DNA from: an uncultured cyanobacterium
Lineage (GTDB): Bacteria > Cyanobacteriota > Cyanobacteriia > Cyanobacteriales > Nostocaceae
Assembly: GCA_963706595.1 (NCBI GenBank)
Contig: OY970166.1
Coordinates: 3,680,001-3,744,000 of the forward strand
DNA: 64,000 bases
Reading direction: 5' to 3'
The notes beneath the pieces were generated by a model that was not told the origin of the DNA, did not search any database, and saw only the letters and a program-made list of their open reading frames with translations. Positions within the stretch are counted from its first letter, which is position 1. The number at the start of each line of letters is the position of its first letter. A program made the position numbers and the translations under genes. Positions 20,036 to 30,022 of this stretch are shown one piece after another.

Positions 20036-23000
20036 GCGGAAAAGGTACAGGGTGCAGATATGACTGCAAAGATTTATCCAAAATTGCCTTTGGTAATGAT
20101 TCATGCTCGACAATTAAGGAGGTACAACCAAAAGTAACTCCGCAAATGTCACAATCAGACCCAGGGATTCCAGGATTACAAGGGAACTTTGAGGAAATTC
20201 TCAATAGCGCGATCGCTACGGCTATTGTCAGTCTTCGCGTCTTCCCAAACTGCGATTGGGTGTGTGATTACCAGTCTCCTGGCTGTGAAGCTATTTTTGG
20301 CTATACTGCACAGGAAATTATGACTAATCAAAATTTGTGGATGTTGGGAATACATCCCGAAGATCGAGAAACGGTGATTATGCCACTATATGAAGATGTC
20401 TTTGCTGGGCGCACCACCAGCGTAGAATACCGATTTAATCATCAAGATGGTTCTCAGCGATGGATATCAGCTACCTATACCTCCCGCTACGTTGAAGATG
20501 CACAATGCTGGATTGTCACGGGGACTAATTTTGACATCAGCGAACGGAAACGGATAGAAGAATCACTCCGCCAAAGTGAAGCCAGATTTCAACACTTAGC
20601 AACTAACTTACCGGGAAATATTTACACTCTGGTTCAGTCTCCAGATGGTCGTATTTACTTTGAGTATATAAATTCCAACGTTGAAAAAATTCATGAAGTC
20701 ACCTCTGAGCAAGTCCTAGAGAATGCTATGCTCTGTATCGGTGCTATACATCCTGATGATCTTCCAGGCTATAACGACGCAGTTAGCCAAAGTTACCAGA
20801 ACTTAGAACCATTTACTCATGAATGGCGAATTATCACTCCTTCGGGAAAACTTAAATGGTTGCATGGTAATTCCATGCCAGAGCGGCGCAATAATGGGGA
20901 TGTAGCTTGGTATGGTTTAGTACAAGATGTGAGCGAACAGCAAGCTGCGCTACGCGATCGCCAGCGCATCGAATCAGCACTGCGACAAAGCGAAGAACGC
21001 TATCGGGCTATTTTCGATCTCACCTTTCAATTTGTGGGGCTACTGACACCTGATGGTATAATCTTAGAAGCCAATCAGACAGCGCTCAATTTTGCTGGAT
21101 TGCAACATTCGGATGTAGTGAATCGACCATTTTGGGAAGCCCGATGGTGGAAAATTTCTCTAGCAAGTCAGGAACAGTTAAAAACTGCGATCGCACAAGC
21201 TGCTGCGGGTGAATTCGTCCGTTATCAGGTCGATGTCTTGGGGGTGGGAGACAACATCGCCACCATTGACTTTTCCCTCAAACCGATTAAAGATGAAACA
21301 GGTCAAGTTGTGCAGTTAATTGCCGAAGGGCGGGACATTACCGAACTCAAACGTGCTGAATTAGAACTTATTCGTAGCCGAGATTTCAAAGAAGCTATCT
21401 TTAACAAATCTAGTGATGCTTTGTTTCTCGTGGATGTAGAAACATACTTAACCACTGACTGTAATGATCGCGCCGTAGAACTGTTTGAAGCTACAAACAA
21501 GGCTGAACTGATTGGGTTTGATGGACAAACTCTACAAAAAGAACCATTCACCCCTGAAGTTGTGGCCGCCATCGTCGAACAAATTAACGACAAAGGATTT
21601 TGGAGTCAAGAAATTGAATATTGTACCAAGCAAGGTAATTTCTTTTGGGGAAACTTAGCAGTTAAAGAAATTAAAGTTGCTGGTGAAATTATACATTTAG
21701 TCAGAGTGACAGATATTAGTGAACGCAAACAAGCAGAACTAGGATTACAAGAACGAGAAGCAATGTTGCGAGGAATAGGGGATAACCTGCACAATGGCTT
21801 GCTGTATCAGGCGATCCGCGAACTGGATGGTAGCTTTGGTTTTTCTTATCTGAGTGCTGGGGTAGAAAAACTGATCGAAGTCTCAGCCGCAGATGTAATC
21901 AAAGATCCCTGTTTGCTGTTTCGCCAATTTTTTCAACCTGACTGTCTCCACCTACACACAGCTATTGAGCAATCTTACTGTAATCTTTCTGTATTAGATA
22001 TCCATATACGAATTCACACCCCCAGTGGGAAGATGAAATGGTTGCATTTTCGTTCTCGCCCACGTCAGATGCATAATGGTCGGGTGGCTTGGGATGGATT
22101 GGCGATAGATATCACAAACCTGAAAAATTATCAAGATCGGCTGGAAGAATCACAGCACGTCGCTCGTCTTGGTAACTGGGAGTATGATTTGGCTACAAGC
22201 GAAATTAGCCATTCAAAAGAACTTTTTAAGGTTTACGGCCGAGATTCAGCACAAATCGAGCCGAACTATCAAGAACATTTAAAATTTTACCACCCCGAAG
22301 ATGCCGCCAAACTCAACCAAGCTGTAGAACGAGCGATCGCCACTGGTCAGTCCTACAAATTAACTCTGCGTTTGCTGGCACAGGATGACTCCTATCGCTA
22401 TGTTGAAGCCATTGGCAAAGTTGGATTCAATCACAAAGGGCAGGTAATTCGTCTTTATGGAACCCTGCAAGACATTACCGAACAGCAGATTGCACAGCGC
22501 GATCGCCAACTTGCAGAAGCCGCCTTAGCTAAAAGTGAAGAACAACTGCGACTGACTTTGGAATTTACCTATATCGGTACTTGGGACTGGAATATTCCCA
22601 CTAATGAAGTTACTTGGAACAAAAACCATTATCACTTATTAGGGTTAGAGCCACAAACAACACTAGAAACATATCAAACCTGGCGAGATGCTATTCATCC
22701 AGAAGATGTGGAACGAGTTGAACAGGCTATATTCAATGCACTGGCAGAACATACCAACTATGACGCAGAGTATCGTGTAATTCATCCCGATGGGACTATT
22801 CACTGGTTGTGCGATCGCGGGCGCGGGATTTATAACGAAGCTGGTGATCCCATCCGAATGCTTGGTATGCTCATGGATATCAGCGATCGCAAACGTGCTG
22901 AACAGATGTTAGAACTGCAAGCAGTCATTACTCGCAACATGGCAGAAGGCATTTGTTTAGTTAGAGCCACCGATGGAGTCATCGTTTATGCTAACCCTAA

Positions 23001-23913
23001 ATTTGAGCAGATGTTTGGTTATGAGTCTGGGGAATTAACATATCAGCACGTGTCAATTGTCAACTATGAAGATGAACATCATACGGCTGAAGATGTTAAT
23101 CAGGCAATTAGGGCTACCGTCATCCAAAATGGTGAGGCAACTTATCAAGTCCAAAATGTCAAGAAAGATGGTACACCGTTTTGGTGTCGTGCAACCACGT
23201 CGATTTTTGGACATCCTGAGTATGGCAAAGTTCTTGTTGCTATTCACCAAGACATCAACGAGCAAAAACAAGCCGATGAAAAAATTAAAGCATCTTTAAA
23301 AGAAAAAGAAGTATTACTTCAAGAGATTCACCATCGTGTTAAAAATAATCTAGGAATTGTCAACGGTCTACTGCAAATGCAGTGCAGACGTATACCAGAT
23401 TCTCAGGACAGGGTAATCTTAAGAGATAGTCAAAACCGAATTGCTTCCATTGCCTTAGTGCATGAAAAACTATATGGTTCTGAAGAACTTGCCGATATTG
23501 ATTTCGCTCAATATATTCCCGATTTAACAACTCATTTATTTGATTCCTATAATGTCAGTTCCAACCGGATTAAATTGAATATTCAAGTTGATCATGCTAG
23601 TTTGGATATCGAAACTGCAATTCCTTGTGGTTTGATTATTAATGAATTAGTGTCTAATTCTTTAAAATATGCTTTTCCTGGTGATCGTTCAGGGGAAATT
23701 TGGGTTAAGTTTTGTCGAGGATCTGAAAGAAATTTAATCCTGATTCTGGGCGATAATGGTGTGGGCTTACCAAATGATTTCCATCAAAAAAGGAAAGAAA
23801 CATTAGGAATTACTTTAGTTAAGGGGTTAGTTCAACAGATCGGGGGAATTCTTAATATTAAATCTCAGCAGGGAACAGAGTTTAAAATCACTTTTAGTAA
23901 CAACTGCACATAA
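20014..23913 (+). CDS. Cytoplasmic multi-PAS sensor histidine kinase (HisKA_2 type); true start likely near 20145
   Basis: About eight PAS/PAC repeats (IHPED, DITERK), EIHHRVKNNL H-box, NELVSNSLKYAF, DNGVG. Confidence 0.92.
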   Translation: MAMAAKISGKGTGCRYDCKDLSKIAFGNDSCSTIKEVQPKVTPQMSQSDPGIPGLQGNFEEILNSAIATAIVSLRVFPNCDWVCDYQSPGCEAIFGYTAQEIMTNQNLWMLGIHPEDRETVIMPLYEDVFAGRTTSVEYRFNHQDGSQRWISATYTSRYVEDAQCWIVTGTNFDISERKRIEESLRQSEARFQHLATNLPGNIYTLVQSPDGRIYFEYINSNVEKIHEVTSEQVLENAMLCIGAIHPDDLPGYNDAVSQSYQNLEPFTHEWRIITPSGKLKWLHGNSMPERRNNGDVAWYGLVQDVSEQQAALRDRQRIESALRQSEERYRAIFDLTFQFVGLLTPDGIILEANQTALNFAGLQHSDVVNRPFWEARWWKISLASQEQLKTAIAQAAAGEFVRYQVDVLGVGDNIATIDFSLKPIKDETGQVVQLIAEGRDITELKRAELELIRSRDFKEAIFNKSSDALFLVDVETYLTTDCNDRAVELFEATNKAELIGFDGQTLQKEPFTPEVVAAIVEQINDKGFWSQEIEYCTKQGNFFWGNLAVKEIKVAGEIIHLVRVTDISERKQAELGLQEREAMLRGIGDNLHNGLLYQAIRELDGSFGFSYLSAGVEKLIEVSAADVIKDPCLLFRQFFQPDCLHLHTAIEQSYCNLSVLDIHIRIHTPSGKMKWLHFRSRPRQMHNGRVAWDGLAIDITNLKNYQDRLEESQHVARLGNWEYDLATSEISHSKELFKVYGRDSAQIEPNYQEHLKFYHPEDAAKLNQAVERAIATGQSYKLTLRLLAQDDSYRYVEAIGKVGFNHKGQVIRLYGTLQDITEQQIAQRDRQLAEAALAKSEEQLRLTLEFTYIGTWDWNIPTNEVTWNKNHYHLLGLEPQTTLETYQTWRDAIHPEDVERVEQAIFNALAEHTNYDAEYRVIHPDGTIHWLCDRGRGIYNEAGDPIRMLGMLMDISDRKRAEQMLELQAVITRNMAEGICLVRATDGVIVYANPKFEQMFGYESGELTYQHVSIVNYEDEHHTAEDVNQAIRATVIQNGEATYQVQNVKKDGTPFWCRATTSIFGHPEYGKVLVAIHQDINEQKQADEKIKASLKEKEVLLQEIHHRVKNNLGIVNGLLQMQCRRIPDSQDRVILRDSQNRIASIALVHEKLYGSEELADIDFAQYIPDLTTHLFDSYNVSSNRIKLNIQVDHASLDIETAIPCGLIINELVSNSLKYAFPGDRSGEIWVKFCRGSERNLILILGDNGVGLPNDFHQKRKETLGITLVKGLVQQIGGILNIKSQQGTEFKITFSNNCT

Positions 23914-23915
23914 CC

Positions 23916-25499
23916 ATGGTCAACATCCAACACCATAGCCAAACTATAAAAACCGTTAAAATTCTTGTTGTTGAAGATGAATTTATCCTGGCTATCAACT
24001 TACAAGAAACTTTAGAATCCCTGGGATACACTGTTGTAGATATCACAGATTCCGCAGTATCTGCAATTACCAAAGCCAAAGAATTACGCCCAAACTTGAT
24101 TCTGATGGATATCCGTCTGCGAGGAAAACAGGATGGCATCCAGGCGGCAGAGCAAATATGGAACACTCAACAAATTCCTGTAATTTACGTTACTGGACAC
24201 TCTGATAGAATAACTGTAGAACGAGCAACCTTAACATCACCTTTTGGGTATATTCTCAAACCCATTAAAGAGCAAGAACTTTATGTTGCTATTCAAACAG
24301 CACTCAACCGCTATGAACGCGAGCAGTTTTTAAGTTCTGTCCTCCGGGGGATGGGGGATGGGGTAATTGTGGTTGATCCTCAACGGCGGATTAAATACAT
24401 GAATCAAGTGGCTGAAACACTCACACAGTGGCCATGGAATCAAGCTAAAGAACATTTATTAACTGAAGTTGTCCAACTGATTGATGAACAAACTCAGCTA
24501 CCCGCAGAAAATCCGATCATCTTTGCCCTCGAACAAGAAACTACTATTTATCTAGACAGTCTTGTACTACTGGTTGCTAAAGATGGCAGAACTATTCCCA
24601 TAACTCATAGTGCTACACCTTTAAGAGACAATAACGGTGTAATTACAGGTGCTGTTTTAGTCTTTCGAGATGACACCCAACGCAAACTCACCGCAGAACG
24701 TAATCTTGCCGATGAAAGTGCCAGACAACTAGGAATTCAACTGCTAGAAATGCAAAAATTAACCCAGTTGAAAGAAGATTTTTTGGCAACCACATCTCAT
24801 GAAATGCGAACGCCATTATCAAATATCAAAATGGCCATCTGTATGTTAGAACATATTCTGGATCAACAAGGAGTTTTGCAGTCAACAGCGCCTGCTGCAT
24901 CTTGGTCGATCAACCGTTATTTAAATATTATCCGTGAGCAATGTGAGCAAGAGCTAGACTTAGTTGACGATTTGCTATATATGCAGATAATTGATGCAGA
25001 GTTTTATTCCTTGGAATTAACTTCTATTCAGATTCAAAATTGGCTACCTCACGTTATTGAAACTTTCCAAAAACGTTCTGATAGTAGCCAACAGAATTTA
25101 CAGGTTAGCGTTGCCCCAGATTTACCACCTGTGCTTTCAGATATGTCTATTCTGAACAAGATTGTATCAGAGTTACTCAACAATGCTTGTAAATATACTC
25201 CTGTTCAGGAAGAAATTATCATAAATTCCCAACTCGTGACTAATACAGATGCTGAAATTCCTTTGTTTGAAATTATAGTCAGCAATTCTGGGATCACAAT
25301 TCCCCTAGAAGAACAATCTCGGATTTTTGAAGCATTTTACCGCATTCCTCAAAGCGATCGCTGGCAATACGGCGGCACAGGATTGGGTTTAGCATTGGTG
25401 AAAAAGTTAGTGCAGTATCTCCAAGGTACAATTACTGTCACCAGCACTCAAGGCTGGACAAGTTTCACAGTTCAATTACCTTTGAAACTATCAACCTAA
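23916..25499 (+). CDS. Hybrid receiver-PAS-histidine kinase
   Basis: ILVVEDE, LMDIRL, SHEMRTPL, NACKYT, GGTGLGL. Confidence 0.92.
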   Translation: MVNIQHHSQTIKTVKILVVEDEFILAINLQETLESLGYTVVDITDSAVSAITKAKELRPNLILMDIRLRGKQDGIQAAEQIWNTQQIPVIYVTGHSDRITVERATLTSPFGYILKPIKEQELYVAIQTALNRYEREQFLSSVLRGMGDGVIVVDPQRRIKYMNQVAETLTQWPWNQAKEHLLTEVVQLIDEQTQLPAENPIIFALEQETTIYLDSLVLLVAKDGRTIPITHSATPLRDNNGVITGAVLVFRDDTQRKLTAERNLADESARQLGIQLLEMQKLTQLKEDFLATTSHEMRTPLSNIKMAICMLEHILDQQGVLQSTAPAASWSINRYLNIIREQCEQELDLVDDLLYMQIIDAEFYSLELTSIQIQNWLPHVIETFQKRSDSSQQNLQVSVAPDLPPVLSDMSILNKIVSELLNNACKYTPVQEEIIINSQLVTNTDAEIPLFEIIVSNSGITIPLEEQSRIFEAFYRIPQSDRWQYGGTGLGLALVKKLVQYLQGTITVTSTQGWTSFTVQLPLKLST

Positions 25500-25532
25500 A
25501 TTCCCTACTCCCCACTCCCTACTCCCCACTCC

Positions 25533-26414
25533 CTACTCCCCACTCCCCAGATGATCTCGCAATGCTTCACGCATCACCTCTATCGGTAGAGTTTCCCTTT
25601 GTAACCAGATTTTTAATGCGGCTACACCTTGCTGAACGAGCATTTCTAAGCCATTGATAGCGATCGCACCTTGCTTTTGGGCTTGTTGCAGAAATTGTGT
25701 AGCGTTAGGAGTATATATTAAATCATAGGCGATCGCACCTGGGGATAATTTCTGCATATCTTCCACACTCACAGGCGAATCATCAATGTGAGGATACATA
25801 CCTACAGGGGTGGTATTTACTAGCAAGTTAGCTTGGGGAATCAGTTGTGCTAAATCATCCCATAGATGAATTTGTAATTTTGCAGCTATCGGTGTATTTT
25901 CCCAACTATTACGAAACTCTAGTAATCTCTGCATATTACGCCCCACAACATGAATTTGGGACAAACCTAGCTGCTGACAACCTGCAACAACTGCCCTAGC
26001 TGCGCCACCATGTCCTAAAATTACCGCTACCTTTTGACTCCAGTCCTGCTGATATGTTGTCTGCAAGGGAGCAATAAAACCTTCTATATCCGTATTTGTG
26101 CCTACCCATTGATTATTCTGGCGGCTCACGGTATTGACTGCGCCGATACTCTGTGCTATTGGGGTAATTTCTGATAATAATGGCATAATTGCCTGTTTAT
26201 GCGGAATAGTGACACTAAAACCCACAACATTTATAGCTGCGAAGCCTGCGATCGCCACCTCTAAATTCTCTGGTTTAATCGGAAAAGGTAGATAAATATA
26301 ATCTAATCCTAATTGAGCCAAAGCCGCATTATGCATCACTGGCGATAGCGAATGTTCTACTGGATGCCCAATTACGCCCAAAAGTTGAGTTTTACCTGTA
26401 ATTAATTTAGTCAT
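25533..26414 (-). CDS. aroE: Shikimate dehydrogenase
   Basis: HSLSPVMHN, VTIPHK, GAVNT, NTD, NTTPVGM. Confidence 0.96.
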   Translation of the reverse strand: MTKLITGKTQLLGVIGHPVEHSLSPVMHNAALAQLGLDYIYLPFPIKPENLEVAIAGFAAINVVGFSVTIPHKQAIMPLLSEITPIAQSIGAVNTVSRQNNQWVGTNTDIEGFIAPLQTTYQQDWSQKVAVILGHGGAARAVVAGCQQLGLSQIHVVGRNMQRLLEFRNSWENTPIAAKLQIHLWDDLAQLIPQANLLVNTTPVGMYPHIDDSPVSVEDMQKLSPGAIAYDLIYTPNATQFLQQAQKQGAIAINGLEMLVQQGVAALKIWLQRETLPIEVMREALRDHLGSGE

Positions 26415-26461
26415 TAGTCATTGGTCATTAGTCATTGGTCATTTGGTCACCAGATGTCCAT

Positions 26462-26614
26462 TCACATATCTTGCACCAGGCGACTGGAAGTCACGGCTAC
26501 ACAGGCGAAACCCGCCTACGCGGGTTGAAAACCTTAATTTTAGTTAGTCCGCGCAGGCGGACTTTGTTTGTATAGCCGCGACTTCCAGTCGCCAGGGCTA
26601 GGTGCAAGATGTGA
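26462..26614. mobile_element. Palindromic MITE inserted within a (TTAGTCA/TTGGTCA)n STRR array
   Basis: TIR TCACAT..CTTGCACC/GGTGCAAGATGTGA; inner GGCGACTGGAAGTC/GACTTCCAGTCGCC. Confidence 0.75.
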
Positions 26615-26694
26615 GTATTAGTCATTGGTCATTGGTCTTAACTGCAAGGGGATACAATTACAATTATTAGAGTCACTTAATATTTCTTTATATC

Positions 26695-27633
26695 ATGCAA
26701 GTAACCACAGCTAACGCCACAACTCCAATTCCTGGTCAATATTGGCAGTGGCGGGGTCATAATATCTACTACGTCCATGCGGGAGAAAAACAACCGCAAC
26801 GTCCACCCCTGCTGTTAGTGCATGGTTTTGGCGCATCCACAGACCACTGGCGCAAGAATATCACAGGACTGTGCCAAGATTTTGAAGTATTTGCCATCGA
26901 CCTTTTAGGATTTGGCCGTTCAGCAAAACCTAAATTACAATATGGCGGTGATTTGTGGCGTGACCAACTTTCTGAGTTTATCAGTGAAGTTATTGGTCAA
27001 AAAGCCGTCTTAGCTGGTAATTCTCTCGGTGGCTATGCTTGTTTGTGTGTCGCCGCACAGTGTCCCGATGCTGCGGCTGGTTTAGTCTTACTCAATAGTG
27101 CTGGACCCTTTAGCCAAAACCAATCTACCCCGGAACCAGAAGCTTTACAAGCACAAATTCAAACCCCCAAACAACCCTCGGCGTTACAAAAACTTTTGGG
27201 TGATTCTGTAAAGTGGATTTTTCAACAACCTGTCAGCCAATTTCTGTTATTTCAATATATGCGTCAACGTTGGGTAATTCGCCAAACCCTAGAAAAAGTT
27301 TATCTTGATAAAAGTGCCATTACAGAGCAATTAATCGTAGAAATCGCTCGACCGGCTGATGATCCTGGGGCTTTAGATGTATTTGTTTCCGTTTTCAGCA
27401 CTCCCCAAGGAGAAAAAGTTGATGTGTTGTTAAAGCAATTAACCTGTGCTGTGTTGTTATTATGGGGTGAAGCTGATCCTTGGATGAATGCCAGAGACCG
27501 TTCCCAAAAGTTTCGTCAATACTATCCTGAACTGACAGAACATTTTCTGCGTGCTGGTCATTGTCCTCATGATGAAGTCCCAGAACAAGTGAACCCACTT
27601 TTACGCGATTGGGTGTTATCAATTGCTCAATAA
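26695..27633 (+). CDS. Alpha/beta hydrolase
   Basis: HGFGAS, GNSLGG, GHCPHDE. Confidence 0.92.
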   Translation: MQVTTANATTPIPGQYWQWRGHNIYYVHAGEKQPQRPPLLLVHGFGASTDHWRKNITGLCQDFEVFAIDLLGFGRSAKPKLQYGGDLWRDQLSEFISEVIGQKAVLAGNSLGGYACLCVAAQCPDAAAGLVLLNSAGPFSQNQSTPEPEALQAQIQTPKQPSALQKLLGDSVKWIFQQPVSQFLLFQYMRQRWVIRQTLEKVYLDKSAITEQLIVEIARPADDPGALDVFVSVFSTPQGEKVDVLLKQLTCAVLLLWGEADPWMNARDRSQKFRQYYPELTEHFLRAGHCPHDEVPEQVNPLLRDWVLSIAQ

Positions 27634-27661
27634 AATTTAATTGAAAAACCACTACAAAACC

Positions 27662-27692
27662 AAAAAACCTGGTACGGGTTGACCAGGTTTTT
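27662..27692. terminator. Bidirectional intrinsic terminator
   Basis: AAAAACCTGGT-loop-ACCAGGTTTTT. Confidence 0.8.
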
Positions 27693-27928
27693 ATAGGTTC
27701 ACGATTTTGCAATTGTTAAACTTGTTAATTATGGGAAAGTTCAAAACTAGGGTTTACAGAGCATCTCACAACACCAGCACTCTCACTCTTTCCGTTTCAG
27801 GATTTGGCTTTGACCAGAAAATTAGGTTTTTTGCCACTTGTTGATATGCTGATAATTGCTTGGGTTGATGACAGGGGACACTCGGTCATTCACCCATTGG
27901 GGTTTGGTTTTTTATTTTGCGTCCTACT
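27662..27928 (-). ncRNA. Candidate sRNA of unknown family
   Basis: TGnTAACTT extended -10 at 27933-27941, internal hairpins, terminator, no convincing ORF. Confidence 0.4.
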
Positions 27929-28010
27929 ATTTAAGTTATCACTAACTTTGTAATATTTGAGATGTAATTTACTAAAGTTGATGTTTTGTTTCAGTTTGTA
28001 ATCAAGTAAA

Positions 28011-28052
28011 TAACCTCACCCCCAACCCCTCTCCTTAGTAAGGAGAGGGGAG
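28011..28052. repeat. REP-like hairpin repeat CCCCTCTCCTTAGTAAGGAGAGGGG
   Basis: Exact 42-nt reverse complement at 48724-48765; variants near 7051-7085 and 32036-32075. Confidence 0.85.
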
Positions 28053-28076
28053 AATTTAACGCAAGTCCAAGCCTGG

Positions 28077-28799
28077 CTAAATTTTAACTGTATTTGCGGA
28101 CTGGTTAAATAACAAATCCCGTGCTTTTTCGATATCAAGTTCTTGATGTTTGAATGCTTCTGCTTTGGCGTAAGCGCGAATAGTCGCCGGACGCGCCTGA
28201 ATTGTTTCAAACCACCGCTTTAAGTGGGGAAAATCCTCTAGCTTCTGGCTTTGGCTGTCATGGGGGACAATCCAAGGATAAGCGGCTATATCTGCTATGG
28301 AATAATCGCCAGCTACAAATTCTCTATCTGCTAGGCGCTTATTTAAGACTGCATATAAGCGTCCCGTTTCTTTGACATAGCGATTAATGGCGTAATCAAT
28401 TTTTTCGGGCGCATATTTGTTAAAGTGATGATTTTGCCCCGCCATTGGTCCTAAACCCCCCATTTGCCAGAATAACCACTGGAGGACTTCAACGCGATCG
28501 CCGGAGGCGGGGCTTTGCCCATCGCGCACATTTTCAGGAAGCAACTTTTTGGTTTTTTCGGCTAAATACAGCAAAATTGCCCCAGATTCAAACACGGAAA
28601 TCGCGCCATCCTGAGTAACAGGTTCATGGTCAACAATTGCTGGAATGCGATTATTAGGAGAAATCTTCAGAAATTCTGGACTAAATTGTTCTCCAGCCCC
28701 AATATTCACCGGAATAATTGTGTATGGTAGCCCAACTTCTTCCAGAAATATGGTAATTTTATGTCCATTGGGGGTTGTCCAATAGTAAAGTTCAATCAT
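28077..28799 (-). CDS. Glutathione S-transferase, YfcG-like
   Basis: TPNGHK, SPNNRIP, FESGAIL, WQMGGLGPMAGQ. Confidence 0.93.
   Translation of the reverse strand: MIELYYWTTPNGHKITIFLEEVGLPYTIIPVNIGAGEQFSPEFLKISPNNRIPAIVDHEPVTQDGAISVFESGAILLYLAEKTKKLLPENVRDGQSPASGDRVEVLQWLFWQMGGLGPMAGQNHHFNKYAPEKIDYAINRYVKETGRLYAVLNKRLADREFVAGDYSIADIAAYPWIVPHDSQSQKLEDFPHLKRWFETIQARPATIRAYAKAEAFKHQELDIEKARDLLFNQSANTVKI
28502..28525. mobile_element. 24-nt small dispersed repeat inserted in frame at a HIP1 site
   Basis: GCGATCGC-CGGAGGCGGGGCTTTGCCC-ATCGC; adds 8 residues (DGQSPASG). Confidence 0.7.
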
Positions 28800-28826
28800 C
28801 GGTTTATGAATTACGAATTAGTGAAT

Positions 28827-29489
28827 TTAACCTTGATATGAATTTCCTATTTTACCGAGAAACACGTTATCAGATAATGGCAAACGACCTGGGTTTAAGC
28901 GTGGTTCGGCTGCATAGCCTACAGGTACTAAAACAGCGATCGCCAAATCAGGATCATCTGCACCAATAATTTCCTTAACTTGTGACTCAATCCAGCCATT
29001 CATAAAGCAAGTGGACAACCCTAAACTTTCTGCGGCTAATACTAAATGGGTAGCAGCAATAATCGCATTTTTGATGGCATATTCCCGGCGTTTGTCTCCC
29101 AGCCCGGCTTGAAATTGGGGAATAGCGCTTTTAAAGTAGTTTACCGTACCTTCATTCCAAGCATTAGTGGCGATCGCCTGTTCATAAACTGGGGTCAAAT
29201 CTCCCTCTCCGGCGTTGGGATCGGCTGCAAAAACAAAAGTCACAGGCGCTTGAATAATTTGCTGTTGATTCCAGGCTGCTGCTGCTAATGCTGCCTTTTG
29301 CGCCTCATCTTGGACAAGCACAATTTGCCAGTCCTGGATATTGAAACTACTGGGTGCAGCTACAGTTAACTCTACCAGTTGCTTGAGCAATTCCGGGGCA
29401 ATGGGGTCTGTTTTAAAAGTTTTGATAGAACGACGCTGGATAATAGCGTTAGGTACATCTAAAGGTTTCATTTGGATGGTAGGATTCAC
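28827..29489 (-). CDS. Nitroreductase family protein, DrgA-like
   Basis: RRSIKTF, APSSFNIQDW, LAAESLGLSTC. Confidence 0.9.
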   Translation of the reverse strand: MNPTIQMKPLDVPNAIIQRRSIKTFKTDPIAPELLKQLVELTVAAPSSFNIQDWQIVLVQDEAQKAALAAAAWNQQQIIQAPVTFVFAADPNAGEGDLTPVYEQAIATNAWNEGTVNYFKSAIPQFQAGLGDKRREYAIKNAIIAATHLVLAAESLGLSTCFMNGWIESQVKEIIGADDPDLAIAVLVPVGYAAEPRLNPGRLPLSDNVFLGKIGNSYQG

Positions 29490-29610
29490 GAGATTTTCCT
29501 GATAATTACGATATTAGCCTTCAATAGACTGACCTCTCGGTGTACACAGTCAACACTTATTCGTGTCCAGACACTGATAGATCCCGGCTATTGACATCAG
29601 TCTAAGGCTA

Positions 29611-29940
29611 TTATTGTTGAATGTGCTGCCCTAAAGTTTGAGCTAAGGTAGTTTTTAGTACTGCACCCACGACTATATCCACTTGTCGTCCCCCCTTAAA
29701 TACCATCAGCGTGGGAATGCTACGAATTCCGTAATGGCTAGCAACAGTGGGGTTTTGATCTGTGTTCAGTTTTACTACTTTGATCTGTCCTGCATATTCC
29801 CCCGCAACTTCATCTACAACTGGAGTCACCATCCGACAAGGACCACACCAAGGGGCCCAAAAGTCTACTAATACTGGAATTTCACTTTCCAAAACTTCTT
29901 GTTTAAATGTGGCTTCTGTGACATTCGTAACGGATGACAT
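29611..29940 (-). CDS. trxA: Thioredoxin (trxA2-like)
   Basis: [14 protein letters not shown]; divergent from rexT. Confidence 0.95.
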   Translation of the reverse strand: MSSVTNVTEATFKQEVLESEIPVLVDFWAPWCGPCRMVTPVVDEVAGEYAGQIKVVKLNTDQNPTVASHYGIRSIPTLMVFKGGRQVDIVVGAVLKTTLAQTLGQHIQQ

Positions 29941-29957
29941 AATTGCCTCCAGATTTA

Positions 29958-29982
29958 ATTCAATTGTTCGATTTTATCGAAT
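29958..29982. promoter_or_regulatory. Putative RexT operator
   Basis: ATTCA-N15-CGAAT, one mismatch to the ATTCG-N15-CGAAT site as recalled from Anabaena work. Confidence 0.6.
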
Positions 29983-30022
29983 AAACAAAATATACGGCAT
30001 TTGAAGAGAGAATGCAATGATA

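Noticed and set aside
27662..27928. Naming the sRNA candidate as PsrR1 or Yfr2
   Set aside because: I could not match diagnostic sequence with confidence, so it is left unassigned
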